Positions 37,222 through 53,132 of a DNA stretch of 64,000 bases are shown piece by piece. Location of the stretch: the NCBI GenBank assembly GCA_951406725.2, contig OX597827.1:34410001-34474000 (forward strand), given 5' to 3'. The DNA is from Octopus vulgaris. Lineage: Eukaryota. The notes below the pieces were generated by a model. It ran no database searches. It was given only the letters and a program-made list of their open reading frames with translations, and was not told the origin of the DNA. How positions within the stretch are numbered: the stretch's first letter is position 1; every line of letters begins with the position of its first letter. The translations under genes and the position numbers were made by a program.

Positions 37222-37427
37222 CACTTAAAAATCAATAAATATTTTTTTTTTAACTTTAGAAAGCAATATGATGCGAACCTCTTAGAAGGAATGTGTGTGT
37301 GTATGTGTGTGTGCTAGACTATGATGCATTATTATCACACACACACACACACATTCCTTCTAAGAGGTTCGCATCATATTGCTTTCTAAAGTTTTTTTTT
37401 TTTAATATATTTATTGATTTTTAAGTG
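37222..37427. repeat. Local inverted duplication (about 90-bp arms)
   Basis: CACTTAAAAATCAATAAATA..ACTTTAGAAAGCAATATGATGCGAACCTCTTAGAAGGAA(TG)n mirrored at 37336-37427. Confidence 0.9.
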
Positions 37428-37467
37428 AAGAAAATCTTAAATCTTTCTTGACATATGTTTATATATA

Positions 37468-37507
<40 letters not shown>

Positions 37508-37536
37508 AAGTGCGTGCGTGTGTGTGTGTATGTGCA

Positions 37537-37577
<41 letters not shown>

Positions 37578-39222
37578 GAATATGATGCATTATTATTATT
37601 ATGATTATAGAATACAAGTAGAAACACATTGATGGTCCATACCAAACACTGAAGTTTCAATAATACATTTTAGTTTTTCTAAATTTATTTTGACATGTGA
37701 CATCCCAGAGCAAACACTTAACACAGGGGAAATAATCCTTTCTTAATATTCTATGAAGATTAGAAGTTTAAACTAAGGAACAAGAAAGCTGATGTATAGA
37801 ATATACATATTTCAAGTTTTTTTATGCCTTACTTATTACGAATTTATTAAAATTTATATTCAGTGGTAGTCATAAAGGAAAGAGTAGTATCCTATGATCT
37901 TTTCAGGACATCTGTGATTGGTGAGAAAAAAGCAGGAAGTTATGCTTCAACCGAAGATTTGATTCTATACTAGCAATAGAGTGGAGTCGGATAAAGTCAG
38001 TCAAGGATCGGGTGGTTTAAGTTAAATTATTTTCTGTTTCTGTCAGCCAAATTTTACTCATAGTGCCATGGTTAATTTGAAACATTGATAAAAGACGTTC
38101 GCCCGAGTTACTGCGCAGTGAAATTGAGCCTGAAACCACACAGCCATACTTAATCATACATTAAAAAGCAATGTAGATTGTTTTATGTCCATATTTTTTT
38201 CCAAACATTACAACGAATTGGCTTCAATCAAGAAACGAAACGTCGATTAGATTTCTCTCGCTCTTTTTATTACTTTGTTCATATCCTACTTCATTGAGTA
38301 ATAAACCTACATCTGTCGCCCAGTTTGACACAGCCAGCTAACCCTAAGGTCTTTTTTCTTACTCTATGCAACATCACTAATGGACGTGTGTCTTTCATGA
38401 GATTTTTCTTGGATATGGTATGGGACCATCTGCACGGTTTGTCAACCCACATGCAGAATGTTTTTGCGAGACAACACTCATGTGGATGGTCGTTGGCTAA
38501 CAATAAACTCATTCGTCCTTTGACATGTTTTGTATTTGGTCCTGCAGAGTAACCACAGCACTCCCCTCACCTGGCGCCAGGTGAGGGAGCCGGCTTAATC
38601 GCCGGTCACCTGACTATGGAACAGCTAGAACTTGGTTAAAAGGTACCAGTAGTACGATTTTCCTGATCTGACCCAGGACCCTCGGCTGTCTTTAAGTGAA
38701 GTTCACTTAGTTGTTGCAAAAATTGGAACCAGGTCTTCAGTCTGAGGATAAACTGATGTGTTGTGCTTTTATGATCTCTGTTCTTCAGACCTGGCTGCTC
38801 TCGCATTGCCTCCATTTAGACTCCTCTAACCCACTTGTCTTCCCATCTTTCAACACTCTCATTGTGTACAACTACACCGACCCTGCACTAACCACTATTC
38901 CCAGTTTCTCCTCCACAGAACATCGTCTCACTGAAATTTTTCTCTCCTCTACATGTCAATTCTGCATCAATTCAAACACATCAAGGTCTCTCGTCTGAGC
39001 GGGCCTGTAAAGATCATGAGCAATGTCCTTTCCTCCAGACCCAGAAAGTATCATAAAAACTAGCGCTGCTCTCTGTCCCTTCATCTAAAAAGACAAGGTT
39101 TCGTCTTCCACTGTTTCTCTTCTCACCACTAGTTTTGGACATCCTACAAAATTCTGTGGGCGCCATGGATAAGCAATAAATAAACAAATATAAAATACAC
39201 TTCAATAAATTTCACAGCTTAC

Positions 39223-39229
39223 CTGCCAT
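39223..39229 (-). CDS. Candidate first coding micro-exon (ATG GCA G) of the mucin-like gene
   Basis: AAAAATGGCAG|GTAAGC: good Kozak context and consensus donor, phase 1 matching the 26920 acceptor; upstream GA-rich UTR-like unique sequence. Confidence 0.45.
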
Positions 39230-39517
39230 TTTTCTCCACTCTCTCTCTCTCTCCCTCTTTCTTTCTCTCTCTTTCTCCCTTTTTTTCTCTCTTTAATAAA
39301 TTTCAACCGAAACACTTCAGCACTTTACGGAACTTCAATCTTCAGCTAACCCACGTCAACCAGTTTGTTTGTCTGTATTGTTGCTGTTGTTGTTTTATGT
39401 TTCAGTAATAAAGTTAGTTTCCTGTTTGCCACTAATACAAAACAAACCACATTAATTTACTCAGATACGGTATACTGTTACTTAGTACTTTTAATAGTCA
39501 CTAATGATGCATGTGTA

Positions 39518-39557
<40 letters not shown>

Positions 39558-39906
39558 CATCTATGGAGGAGGAAGAGAAAGAGAGAAAGAGAGAGAGGGG
39601 GGGCTCAGACACATACGCTTGTGCGACCATCTTCGATCCTTCAAAGAAATTAAGAGTCAATAATGATCTATTTGATAAAAATCACTTTGTCACTTTTTTT
39701 TTTGTTGTCTCCTAACACTTCCCTTTCCCTTAGTTTACCTCTTCCCCTCCTATTTCTCCTCCTGTATCATTGTCCTTTTTCTCCCTTCTCTATTTTTATT
39801 TATCTAACTACCCTTCTTTTCTGTAGCTTGCTCTCCCACTCCCTCCATCTTACCTTTAGCTAACACTGTTCCCCTCTATTTCCGTTCTTCTCTTTAGCAT
39901 GTCTCT

Positions 39907-39983
<77 letters not shown>

Positions 39984-40773
39984 ACTCTCGTCAATATATT
40001 TCATAAAATATTCAAAGCTGATCATTATCTCCCCCAATATGCATGATATATCTTTTGTTTCCTTTTAAAATGATATTTAAGTGTCATTACAAGGTCAGTA
40101 ATTGGTTGATATATGAAAGTGCTCAGTGAAGCAATGAATATCGAGTCATTACGCATACATAACTGTATTGCATTATCTTAAAGAAATCCATATTGCATTA
40201 CCTTTGAATTATTAATTATGCGTGCAGAGGTGGATGTGATGTAAAAGCTCGCTTTACGTCCACCTGTTGTTAAACCTGTTTTCTTTCATAACCTGAATTG
40301 TACAAAAACTTACAAGTAAAATTTAAGAGCACCAGGTGGAATGCTTGATTCCGACGAGGTCGATTTTCCCTTCCCACCATTTTTTTTTCCGCGTTCGATA
40401 AAATAAAGTATAATCAAATTATGGGCTCGCTGTTATTGACTAACTCCTTCCTTGAATTTCAGGCCTTGTACCTCTACTAGAAACAGTTCTTTAAAAAGTA
40501 AAATAAAATAAGGCAAACCAAAAGAAATCATCATCATCGTTATTTTTATTAAAGCAGCGAGTTGGCAGAATTGTTACCACAACCGGCAAAGTACTTAGCG
40601 GTATTTTCCCGACTTAATATTCTGTGTTCAAATGCCCTGAGGTCGACTTTGCCTTTCAGCCTTTTGAAGTTGATAAAATAAGTACCAGTTGAGCAGTGGA
40701 ATTGATGTAATTGAGTTGACCCCTGTCCTAAAATTCTAGGCCTTGTGCCTATAGTGAAAAGGATTATTATAAA

Positions 40774-41090
40774 TTCCACCATAGCGAAGGTGGAGGTATT
40801 ATTTTCAGTCGTGTTTGTTTGTTTGTCCGTGGACAAGATATCTCAAGAACCGCTGGATGGATTCGGATGAAACCTTCAAGGATGTTTGGCCTCGTGACTG
40901 GCACGAACTTATTAGATTTTTGGATAGATCCGGTACCGGACAAGGATTCTGGATTATTTTTCCTGTTTTTTTACTTAGTTTTTGAGAGCGGTCGGGTTAA
41001 TTTTTAGTATTCTCGTTTGTGAGAATAGTCGAGTTTATTTCAGATAATCGTTGAGAAGACGTTAGTGTTGCCTTGGCGGAGGTTTTCAGA
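40774..41090 (+). mobile_element. Helentron-associated (HINE/DINE-like) non-autonomous element
   Basis: 5' hairpin TCCACC..GGTGGAGG, (GTTT)n, GATCCGG/CTGGAT motifs, 3' subterminal CCTTGGCGGAGG. Confidence 0.55.
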
Positions 41091-41159
41091 TACACTCAAC
41101 AATTTTGATTGTTGGAAAAGAAAAAACCCTATCGGGCTACAACAAGTAACTTTAGATGC

Positions 41160-44100
41160 CAAGAACCCTCCTAAATATCTTTGCTCTCCCTAATAAGAGT
41201 TTTCTGGAGATGTACTAAACTGGCTTTTATGCCTATTTCCTCTATCCATCTGTTCAAATCTTCAGAGATAGTTCCCAATGCACTCATAACTACTGGGATA
41301 TATTTTATCCGCACTTTCCATAGTCTCTGTAATTCAATGGATAGGTTCTGGTGCTTTGCTATTTTTTCTATACCTGTCATATTGGGTTTTTTTTTATCAT
41401 TTGAGACTGTAAAGTATTTGCAGGCTTCACTAGATTCGGGCCATTTAGTTTTGACTTCATTAGCTTCCTCACCCTTCTGATGTACTCCTTCTCGATTTTT
41501 GTTTCCATTTCTATAGTTTGTACTTTGTCAGATTCTAATACCCCTAAGTACTTAGACACTACTAAATCAGGCCTTCTAGTTTCTATGACTTTGTCAGTCT
41601 TAATGTTAAAGTCCCACAACATCTTGTATTTCTTACTTTCTAGTACTTTACTAGGTTCATGTTCATACCATTTATCAGTATGTTCAAATCCTAGCTTTCT
41701 ACATAACTCCCAGTGGATTACTCTCCCTGGGTTGTCATGCATTTTCTTGTAGTCTTTCTGTGCTAGCATGCAACATTCACTTAATATATGATTAACGCTA
41801 TCCTCTTTTGATTTGCATAATCTACATTGGGAATCTACTTGGTTTTTGTCTATCTTAGCTTTTATCCAATTAGTCCTTAATGCTTGATCTTGTGCAGCTA
41901 CTGTCTCCCTCTTCAGCTTTCATTTTTGCAACCATAGCATGTCTCACTACTACTATTTGCTGCAACTATCTTTGGAAATCTACCATACAATGTCTTCTCC
42001 TGCCAGTCAGATAATTTCTGCTCTTATTTCTGATTCGTTTGGGTTTTTGATTTCCCTAAGCTTTACTGTGACTCTAGCAGTTTTGAATACACTTTCTTCA
42101 CTATTTCCTACATAGGACTCTATATCTACTTTAGCTAACTCCACGTAGTCTTCTGCTGATATTAACCCTCTTCTGTCTTCCTTCCTAGGTAAGTATAATC
42201 TTGTTATTCTTGCCCTTGGGTGGGGTCCTTCATTCATATTGAATTCCTTTCTAGTTTTTCTGTCTAGCTTTGCTAATTCAGTTTTTGTCCATTCTACAAA
42301 AGTATCTACGTAATGATACTGCCCAAGCATTTACAGTCTTCAATAGATAGATTCGGGCTATTTAGTTTTAACTTCATTAGCTTCCTTACCTTTCTGATGT
42401 AATCCTTCTCAATTTTCGTTTCCATTTCTATAGTTGGTACTTTGTCAGATTCTAATACACATAGATACTTATAACTCTCACCTCCTTTCAATGATTTTAA
42501 TGTCTGGCCATCTGGTAATTGGATGCCTTTGCTGTTGACTCCCTGTCCCCTTCTCATGACTAATATTGCATATTTATCTATGCCATTCTGAACTGATATC
42601 CTTTATCTTCCTTAATACTAAACTGAAGGGGATCAAACATAACACAAGTATTAAAGAGGACAACTAGTCCCCCTGGAAAATTCCTCTCTTGATATTAACA
42701 TTCCCTAAGAGTATGTCACCTGAGTAGAGATCTACTTACCATTTTTTCATGCTAATGCTAATTCATTTTCTTATGTTGCCAGCTATACTGTATATACTAA
42801 AACATTTTAATGGAATAATTACTATGAAGCATTGTGTAGAATATATTGTATAAAGGATCGTGGGTAAAGCCAAAACAATGCGAAGTAAATGCAAGGTAAA
42901 TCACAAGAAAACAAATATATGAAAAAACGAATTGATATCTTTGTTTTCTTGTGATTTACCTGGCATTTACTTCGCATTGTCTTGGCCACAATCCTTTATA
43001 CTAAAACATTTACTTCTCCATGAGTGTCGGATCATATCATAGGTTTTCCTATAATCTATCCATGCTATTGCTAGATTTTTTTCTAGCTTTTACCTCATTT
43101 AGAACTGCTTTGTCTATGTACAATAAATCATACGTTCCTCTAGCCTTCTTCCTGCAACCTTTCTGTTCTTCTGGCAGTAAATTCTGGTTGTCAAGGTGCT
43201 CATAAATGCTTTCTGAAAGTATTCCTGTTAACAGTTTCCACACTAATGCTTGGTCTATAGTTGCTAGCTGTATTGCCCTTGTTTTTATATTTTATAATGA
43301 GTATTGTCCTCCCTCTAGTCATCCAATCTAGTATTATTTCTCCATTAAGGCAATCTTGAAGTTGTTCCCTCAGCCTCCCATGTAAGCTACTAAATTTCTT
43401 TAGCCAGTACTCTTGAAGTAAATCTGGTCCTGGACCTTTCCAATTCGACACTTTTCCTAACACTTTACTCATTAATGCACTAGTTAGTCTTAGATCTGGC
43501 TGCTTCTCACTACTTCCTCCTTTACTTTCTTTAACAATACTGCATCTCCATTATCATTGACTGGTTTATCCTAAATATTACTCCAGAGCTTTCTAGCTTC
43601 TTCTGCATTAGGTTTCTCACCTTCACTACTTCTTTCTCCGCTATTTATTTAGTTATAAAATGTCCTCTGATCTGTCTCAAATAATCTATTCTGTTGATAC
43701 TGATCTATTCTTTTCCGATACCTGGCGAGTTTGCATGATATTGCTATAATATGCTGTTTCAACTCTTCTATTACTATCCCAAATCCTTCCTCTTTCACTA
43801 ATGATCTTTCCTCGGGGGAAGATTTGCATCTTGTGTTTCCTAACTTGTTCAGTTTCTACTCAGATTTTGTCTTAAAGTCTTCATTTTATTTTGTAGTCTC
43901 TTTTTTCCCCATTTGCTCTTTTTTAATATTTCCTTGTGATATATCTAATCTTCTAGTGGCAACTGTCCCTCCTGCACAGATCAATAAGTTAGCATCTCCT
44001 ATATTTTAATATCTATCCCACTGATAGCTGAATCCAATTTCCTAGTCATATCTAGCAACTTCCTTCTGTCGGTGCCTTTTAATGTTGGCAATCTTTTTCT

Positions 44101-44480
44101 TACTTCTTTACTCATTACTTCCTGCAACTCATCTAAAATCTTCTGATCTTCCTCACTTAAATTCCTTAAGTCGTTGGTGCCAGTTGTCCCTTCTTTATTG
44201 GTAGCACTATTGTTATTTTCCCCTTAGATTCTTCTTTGGTTTGAGCTGTATCTCTTATGTTATTCTTTGTCTTTCCAACTGCCTGGTCTTTCTTTTCTAG
44301 TTCTCTTGTGATCTCCTCTACCTCCACTTCTGTCATCCACTTTCTTCTCCTAATAGCATTAGCTTAATCAACTAATCTCTGCTCAGTCACTTTAAACATA
44401 CCTTTCTCTACCCAAAGTATTTACATCCATTTTCTATAGCCCCTTCTTTTAGGTTCACTTTCTAAGTAGCACTGCTTCAT
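41160..44480 (-). mobile_element. Dong/R4-clade RLE LINE, decayed copy 1
   Basis: GYRKWM..EQRLVD, NWKGPGPD, SNYRP, EQKGCR, GIFQGD, YKYL.VLE, LYLPRKE..RGL, CRLC, HDN..RVIHWELC, LWDFNIKTDK..RRPD. Confidence 0.88.
42793..43011. repeat. Hairpin insert with 15-bp direct flanking repeat inside the Dong LINE
   Basis: Arms 42849-42914 / 42939-43000; TATACTAAAACATTT at 42793 and 42997. Confidence 0.8.
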
Positions 44481-44609
44481 TTTCGCTGTTACAATGAGAG
44501 TTCCTTTGGAAACTTCTGTCTCTCATAAATTGAGGTAAGATAACGTTTGTTATTATTACTATCATGATTTTATTTATTTATTTATTTACCTATTTATTAT
44601 TATTATTAA

Positions 44610-47600
44610 TGTTATATGAAAACTCACAGCTTATTTAGCTGGGTATGATGGAAATTGTCAGCTGTCCGCAGCCAGCAGACTAAAGTGACACTTGTTTACT
44701 GGTCATGCTTCAAGAACCCTGCGAAGAATTCTTGCAGTTCCAAGCACACTTTCCATGCTGGTAGTTGAGTGCTGATACTTCTAAGTGCACCAATTACTAT
44801 TGCTATCATGTCTACTCTCTTCATTGACCACAACCTTCGTATTTCCCACTTTAAATCTTCTTCTTTCACATTGATCCTGTAGTCACCGGGGTTTGCTATG
44901 TTGATAATTATACACGTTCTTTCTTTTTTATTCATCACAACAATGTCCGGTTTCCTATGTCTGGTCAGGTGATCGCACTGGATCATTACATCCCACAGGA
45001 TTTTGCAGTTCTCATTTTCGGTGACTCTTTCTGGGGGTTGTTCATACCACGTCTTTGCTCTTTGAGGGCCGTGATTTCCACAGAGCTTCCAATGGATCAT
45101 TCTTGCCACATTGTCATGATGTCGTTTGTATTCGCGTTGCGCCAATTTCGGACATTCGCTAACGATGTGCCATACCGTTTCACCCCTCTCACCACACATT
45201 CTGCATTTGTCACTATCGGTACTGTTGTCTATTGTGCACATCATATAATTGGTCCTTAACGCTTGTTCCTGAGCTGCGCATATGAGTGCTTCTGTCTCTA
45301 TCTTCAGGTCACTCCTCCTCATCCATAGCCACCGGTCCTCTGTATCTGCCTTGGCGTTCTCATCTCTTGCAAACTGACCGTACATTTTTTCTTCCATGCC
45401 TTTTTTTCTTTTTTCTTTCATTTTTTTTTTGTTGTTCATTTCTTGTTTAAATGTTTCTTTAGTTACACAATTTTCAGTTTTGATGACGCCGGCCTTCTTC
45501 GTGTGTTTCAACAGTGGCTCCACGGCATTTCTTATATACCACCCTAGGCTATTTCTCTCTGCTTCGATTCAGTTCTGGCAACTGATCAAACCTCTCCCAC
45601 TCTTAGGGTAGACGGTTCCGTGTACTGTTAACATTTTTCTGGTCTTGGTATCTATTTTCTTTATTTCTCTCTTTTGCCACTTTATAATTCCCGCTCCATA
45701 CCGAAGTAATGCTCACGTATTAACTGCTTGGATTTTATTCCATCCAGTCAATTTTGAGCGCAGCACCAACCTCAGTCTTCGGAAATACTCCATCCTCAGT
45801 TGTTCTTTCACTTCCTTTTCCATTATATCGTTAAACTCTAGTACACCAAGGTATTTGTATCCTTCCGTTTCAATTTGCTTAATCAAATCTCTCTTCGGTA
45901 ATTCTATCCCTGCTAGGGATTGTACCTTGCCTCTTTTTAGGTAGATTACTCCGCTCTTCTTGAGTCCAAATTCCATTCTAATATCAGTACTAAAACAGTG
46001 CACCGTGTTCACGAAGGAACTCATCTTTACCATACAGTTCCATACAGTTTCAAATCATCCATGAAGAGGAGGTGGTTGATTGCTTGTCATTTATCCTTTA
46101 GTTGATACCCCAGGTTCGTTTTCCTGAGTACCAAGATCAGGGATATCATGCAGAGATCGAAAAGCAATTGAGATAGGCTGTTGCCCTGAAAAACCCCTCT
46201 TTTAATACCCAGGGTGCCCAAACATTTTCCGTAAGATGTCAGTTCAATTTTCCCTCCCTCTTCAGGAAACACGTTACATTCCTCGCAATTCCAAACATCT
46301 AAGCACGTGATGATCCACGATTGTGGAAAAATCATATCATAAGCTTTGCGATAGTCAATCCAGGCCATTCCCAGATTTATTCTCCTTTCTTTACAATCTT
46401 GCATTGCCCCGGCGGTAATATATCGTTCTAATCGAGAAATTTATATAGTTCTTCTGCTATTCCTTTTGGCAGTAACTGCCACATTAACGGGAGTCAGAAA
46501 ATTAGTCTGTAATTGTCAGCAACATTTCCCTTTGATGCATTCTTCGGGCACACCACCGTTCGTCCTTTTGTCAACCAGCCCGGAATTTCTTCTTCTCCAT
46601 TGGTCAATGCATTAAATTGTCCTACGACCAATTTATGGCAACTACTGCACTTTTTTATCCAAAATCCCTGTACACCATCAGGTCCTGCTGCTTTCCAATT
46701 GCTTATCTTTTTACTCATATTTCTGATACTGTCTTCAGGCTGCAGAGCCATTCAGCTGTAGTATTATGTTGTTCTTGCTTACTCCATATCTTACCCCAAA
46801 AAAGTTGACTTTTATCAGCATCAGGAACTTATCTTTCACGTTTTTTATCGTCATTAATCTCTTGATAAAATCTTTTTTGGTCGGTTCTAAACAATTTGTT
46901 TTACTGGTATTGCTTAATCCGTTGTTCAAACTTAGCCTTGCTTTTTTACATGTATGCACTGCTTCAGTTCTTCAGTTACAACATTCAAGCCTTTTGTATC
47001 TACACCATACTTCTTCCTAACTTTTTAGAATTTCCATTCAGTCTTAAGTTCTCCATTTCTTTTCTTGAAAAGTATTGACACTACACTGTTCAAGGAGTTT
47101 ATATCTTCAGAAATTCTCCTTTTCCTCCACGGTCGTTTATTTCCTCTTCTATCCGTCGCTGTTCTATTCTCAGTAGTTCTCAAACCCGTCCTTTCCGCCT
47201 ACTAACAGCCTTGAAAAGATTGATGTTCTTTGTTTCAATGTGTCTCAGTACATTATTGACTTTATTCGTCTCTTGATTTAGTCTCCATTGGTTAGTCTTC
47301 TTAAAGTCGCACACAAATTCTCTCCCATCTGTAATTAATAGATCCAAATTTCTGTCTATCATTAATCGATCTTCATTATTTGAGTAGTCACTGATCTCAA
47401 TTCTTTCACAATTGACGGTATTATATTCTTGCGAACAATTATCCATCTCTTCCACTATATCACTTTCATTTCTCGCATGCGCAACTTCTTCCGATATCAT
47501 TCTTATAATAGCTTCTAACTTCAGTTCTGTTAACCATCCATTCTTTCGTATTGCTCTTGCTTGGTCACATAATCTTAGTTCAGTAATTTCGAACAGTTCC

Positions 47601-48590
47601 ATTGCCTTCTATTCACTGTGCATTCGTTTTCTGTACCCTCTGACAGACATACCATTCACATCAACTGGGGAGCTCCGGTAGTAACACTCCATAACCATCA
47701 TGTTTACTTGTTTACTCCACCTGTGTCTTTTAGCATGGCTAGCAGTTGCTGGATTACGATCGGGTCACCCTGCTGCACAGTGGAGCACCTTCCAAGTGCG
47801 GCACCTTCCCCATTTGTTCCAGTCCCGTTCACACTATTATCGTCATTTATTTTGTTTGGCATTTTCATTCACAAATGAGGTGTGTTTTTAGTTTACTACC
47901 AACCGGTATTTTTAACGAGGCACCATCTCTATCAAGGTAGTCCGCCAAGGCTGCTGGGTCCTTGCTCCCCTGGTTTTGGACTCAGAGTGAACCTTCTCTT
48001 AGACTACTTACCACCCAAGGCTAGCAAGTACAGCCTACCCGGAGCACAGGTTATTTGAAGGCACCAGATGCTCGCCTTTTTTCACACTTCTGTTGGTTTG
48101 GCGAAGGAGCCAACCAAGACTGCAGATCTCTTACTACCTTTAAGTTTGGCCTATTCCCTTCGCATTTCTGCATGCTGGGGACCATGAACCTGATTGTCAC
48201 GAGGAGATAGGTGTGTATCAGTTGGTCCTGTATCTTCATCCAAATATTGCTCCGGAGGTAAGTCCCGGTTCATTCGCCTTCATCCTAGGCATGGAGCCAT
48301 TGGACACTGGCAGGTTGTCACCACTGTAACTAAGGAGTCCAATTTACCCCAGTTTTTAATTCAGAGTGTTCCTTCTCCTAGACAGACTGCCAACCAGGGC
48401 TCACGAGTTCTGTCTACCCGTTTTCGGAATGGCCATTGAATTTTTAAATTCCTCTACTCTTTGCCAGGTTTTGTTTTTAATCCCACATAGTGTCGAAAAT
48501 CCACTTTCCTCACCAAGCAAGCTTAGTGGAGTTGCCGGTTTAGTCGCCGACGACAAGTGACTTCACAAAGTCACTTGTAAATGATTCTGG
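44610..48590 (-). mobile_element. Dong/R4-clade RLE LINE, near full-length copy 2 with 5' UTR
   Basis: N-terminal RHRWSKQVN..ECYYRS..RGYRKRM..RLCDQARAIRKNGWL; NWKAAGPDG; WIDYRKAYD; HLLFMDDLKL; AAQEQALRT..CRMC..ETVWHI.SEC..HDN; RKPDI. TTA-rich flanks on both sides. Confidence 0.9.
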
Positions 48591-48949
48591 GTAATTCTTG
48601 TTCGCTATTATAATTTCACTATTACTACTATTATCCCTAACTAATTATTTCCTAGTTCACAACTATAGTTTCACAATTATTACTATAATTATATTAATAT
48701 AGTGATATATATTAATCATAGTAATAGAACCGAGTGGTTCTAATATTGTCTCCCCGACTTCTTTAGACAAGAAATGATGGTAGATTTACGGCTGTTGGTT
48801 TACTACTGTCGATGCTGCGTTAAATAGAGGAGCGGACTTGTGTCTACTAATACAGGCTGTTTGATTGAACTGCTAGCTGTTATGGCTGGCAGTCGATTAA
48901 GGGCGGGTGGGAGTTGATTTTTGAGCGTAACGTCGGCAAGTTGGGACTA

Positions 48950-49185
48950 CCTATTTCTTTACTACCCACAAGGGGCTAAACATAGAGGGTACAAACAAGG
49001 ACAGACAAACGGATTAAGTCGATTATATCGACCCCAGTGCGTATCTGGTACTTAATTTATCGTCCCCGAAAGGATGAAAAGCAAAGTCGACTTCGGCGGA
49101 ATTTGAACTCAGAACGTAACGGCAGACGAAATACGGCTACACATTTCGCCCGGCGTGCTAACGTTTCTGCCAGCTCGCCGCCTTC
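48950..49185 (-). mobile_element. tRNA-derived SINE with target-site duplication
   Basis: Complete copy of the GGCGGCGAGCTGGCAG family; CAAGTTGGGA(C/T)TACC on both sides (48937, 49185). Confidence 0.85.
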
Positions 49186-49432
49186 AAGTTGGGATTACCA
49201 TAACTAAGATATGGAAATTTATAAACAACATTTTACAGTTTTAAGAAGCTAGAGTATTCTATCTATAAACACCCCATCGTATTTACGATGAAGGAATTTA
49301 TCTAAGTCAAATCATATCGTACTTAGAATATAAAAATCTATAAACATTTCAAAGTTTTAGCAAACATAGAAAGTACTAAAAAAGGCTTACAAATTGGGGG
49401 GGGGGACTGTTAGCTGACCATGTCATCGTGTG

Positions 49433-52029
<2,597 letters not shown>

Positions 52030-52030
<1 letters not shown>

Positions 52031-52570
52031 TGACTTTGCCTTTCATTCTTTCGGGGTCGATAAATTAAGTACCAGTGAAACACTAGGGTCGATTAATCGA
52101 TTATTCCCCTCCCCACAAATTTCAGGCCTTGTGTCTATAGTAGAAAGGTTTATTGTTATTATTATTGATAAGGCGGTGAGCTGGCAGAAACGTTAGCAGA
52201 CCGGGCGAAATGCTTAGTGGTATTTCGTCTACCTCTACGTTCTGAGTTCAAATTCCGCCGTAGTCGACTTTGCCTTTCATCCTTTCGGGGTCGATTAAAT
52301 AAGTACCAGTTACGCACTGGGGTCGATATAATCGACTTAATCCGTTTGTCTATCCTTGTTTGTCTTCTCTGTGTTTAGCCCCTTGTGGGTAGTAAAGAAA
52401 TAGAAATAGGTATTTCGTCTGTCTTTAGGTTCTGAGTTCAAATTCTGCCGAGGTCGACTTAGCTTCTTATCCTTTTGGGGTCAATAAATAAAGTATCAGT
52501 TGCATACTAGGGTCGATCTAATCGGCTAGCCCCCTCCCACAAAATTTCAGACTTTGTGCCTTTAGTAGAA
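52030..52570 (+). mobile_element. Cluster of three tRNA-SINE copies or fragments
   Basis: Repeated GTCGACTTTGCCTTTCATCCTTTCGGGGTCGAT..AAGTACCAGT body; full head at 52170. Confidence 0.85.
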
Positions 52571-53132
52571 ATGATTATTATTATTTTTAATATTCATTGC
52601 CGAACCAGATCTTGATTTAGAAGCTCCCATAAACCTATTAAATGTTTTCCTTTTCAGAGAAATATATTTAATTTTATTGTCTCATTTTGTTGTTAAGCCG
52701 ACCAGAACTGTAAGGGACTGACTGGTTGGCTGGGTCCTTGTCATACAGCTGCAAAATTTGCATGAAAAAACTTCATAATGAACAGAAACTTAAAACATTA
52801 TAAACTGATACATTCCGAAAATAAATTGAACCACTGGGAATTTTGTAACAAAAGGTTATTAAGTACTTCTATCTTGTCTCAACACATTCAAGTACATACG
52901 AGAGAAAACCATTCTTCCGTAATAACTTGTACTGCCTACTGACAACACCTGAATCAATTAAGCTATCAATCAATATTTATTTACATCTTACAAGAAAATA
53001 GCGTTAATTTCTTGGCTTTATTAATCAGATACTCCCAAGTCAGTGAAATACACTACAAATCGATGAAACTGTGATATTTTTGTATTACTGAGATGCATAT
53101 TTTTATAGTGATTAACCTTTCACTGTCTGAAG

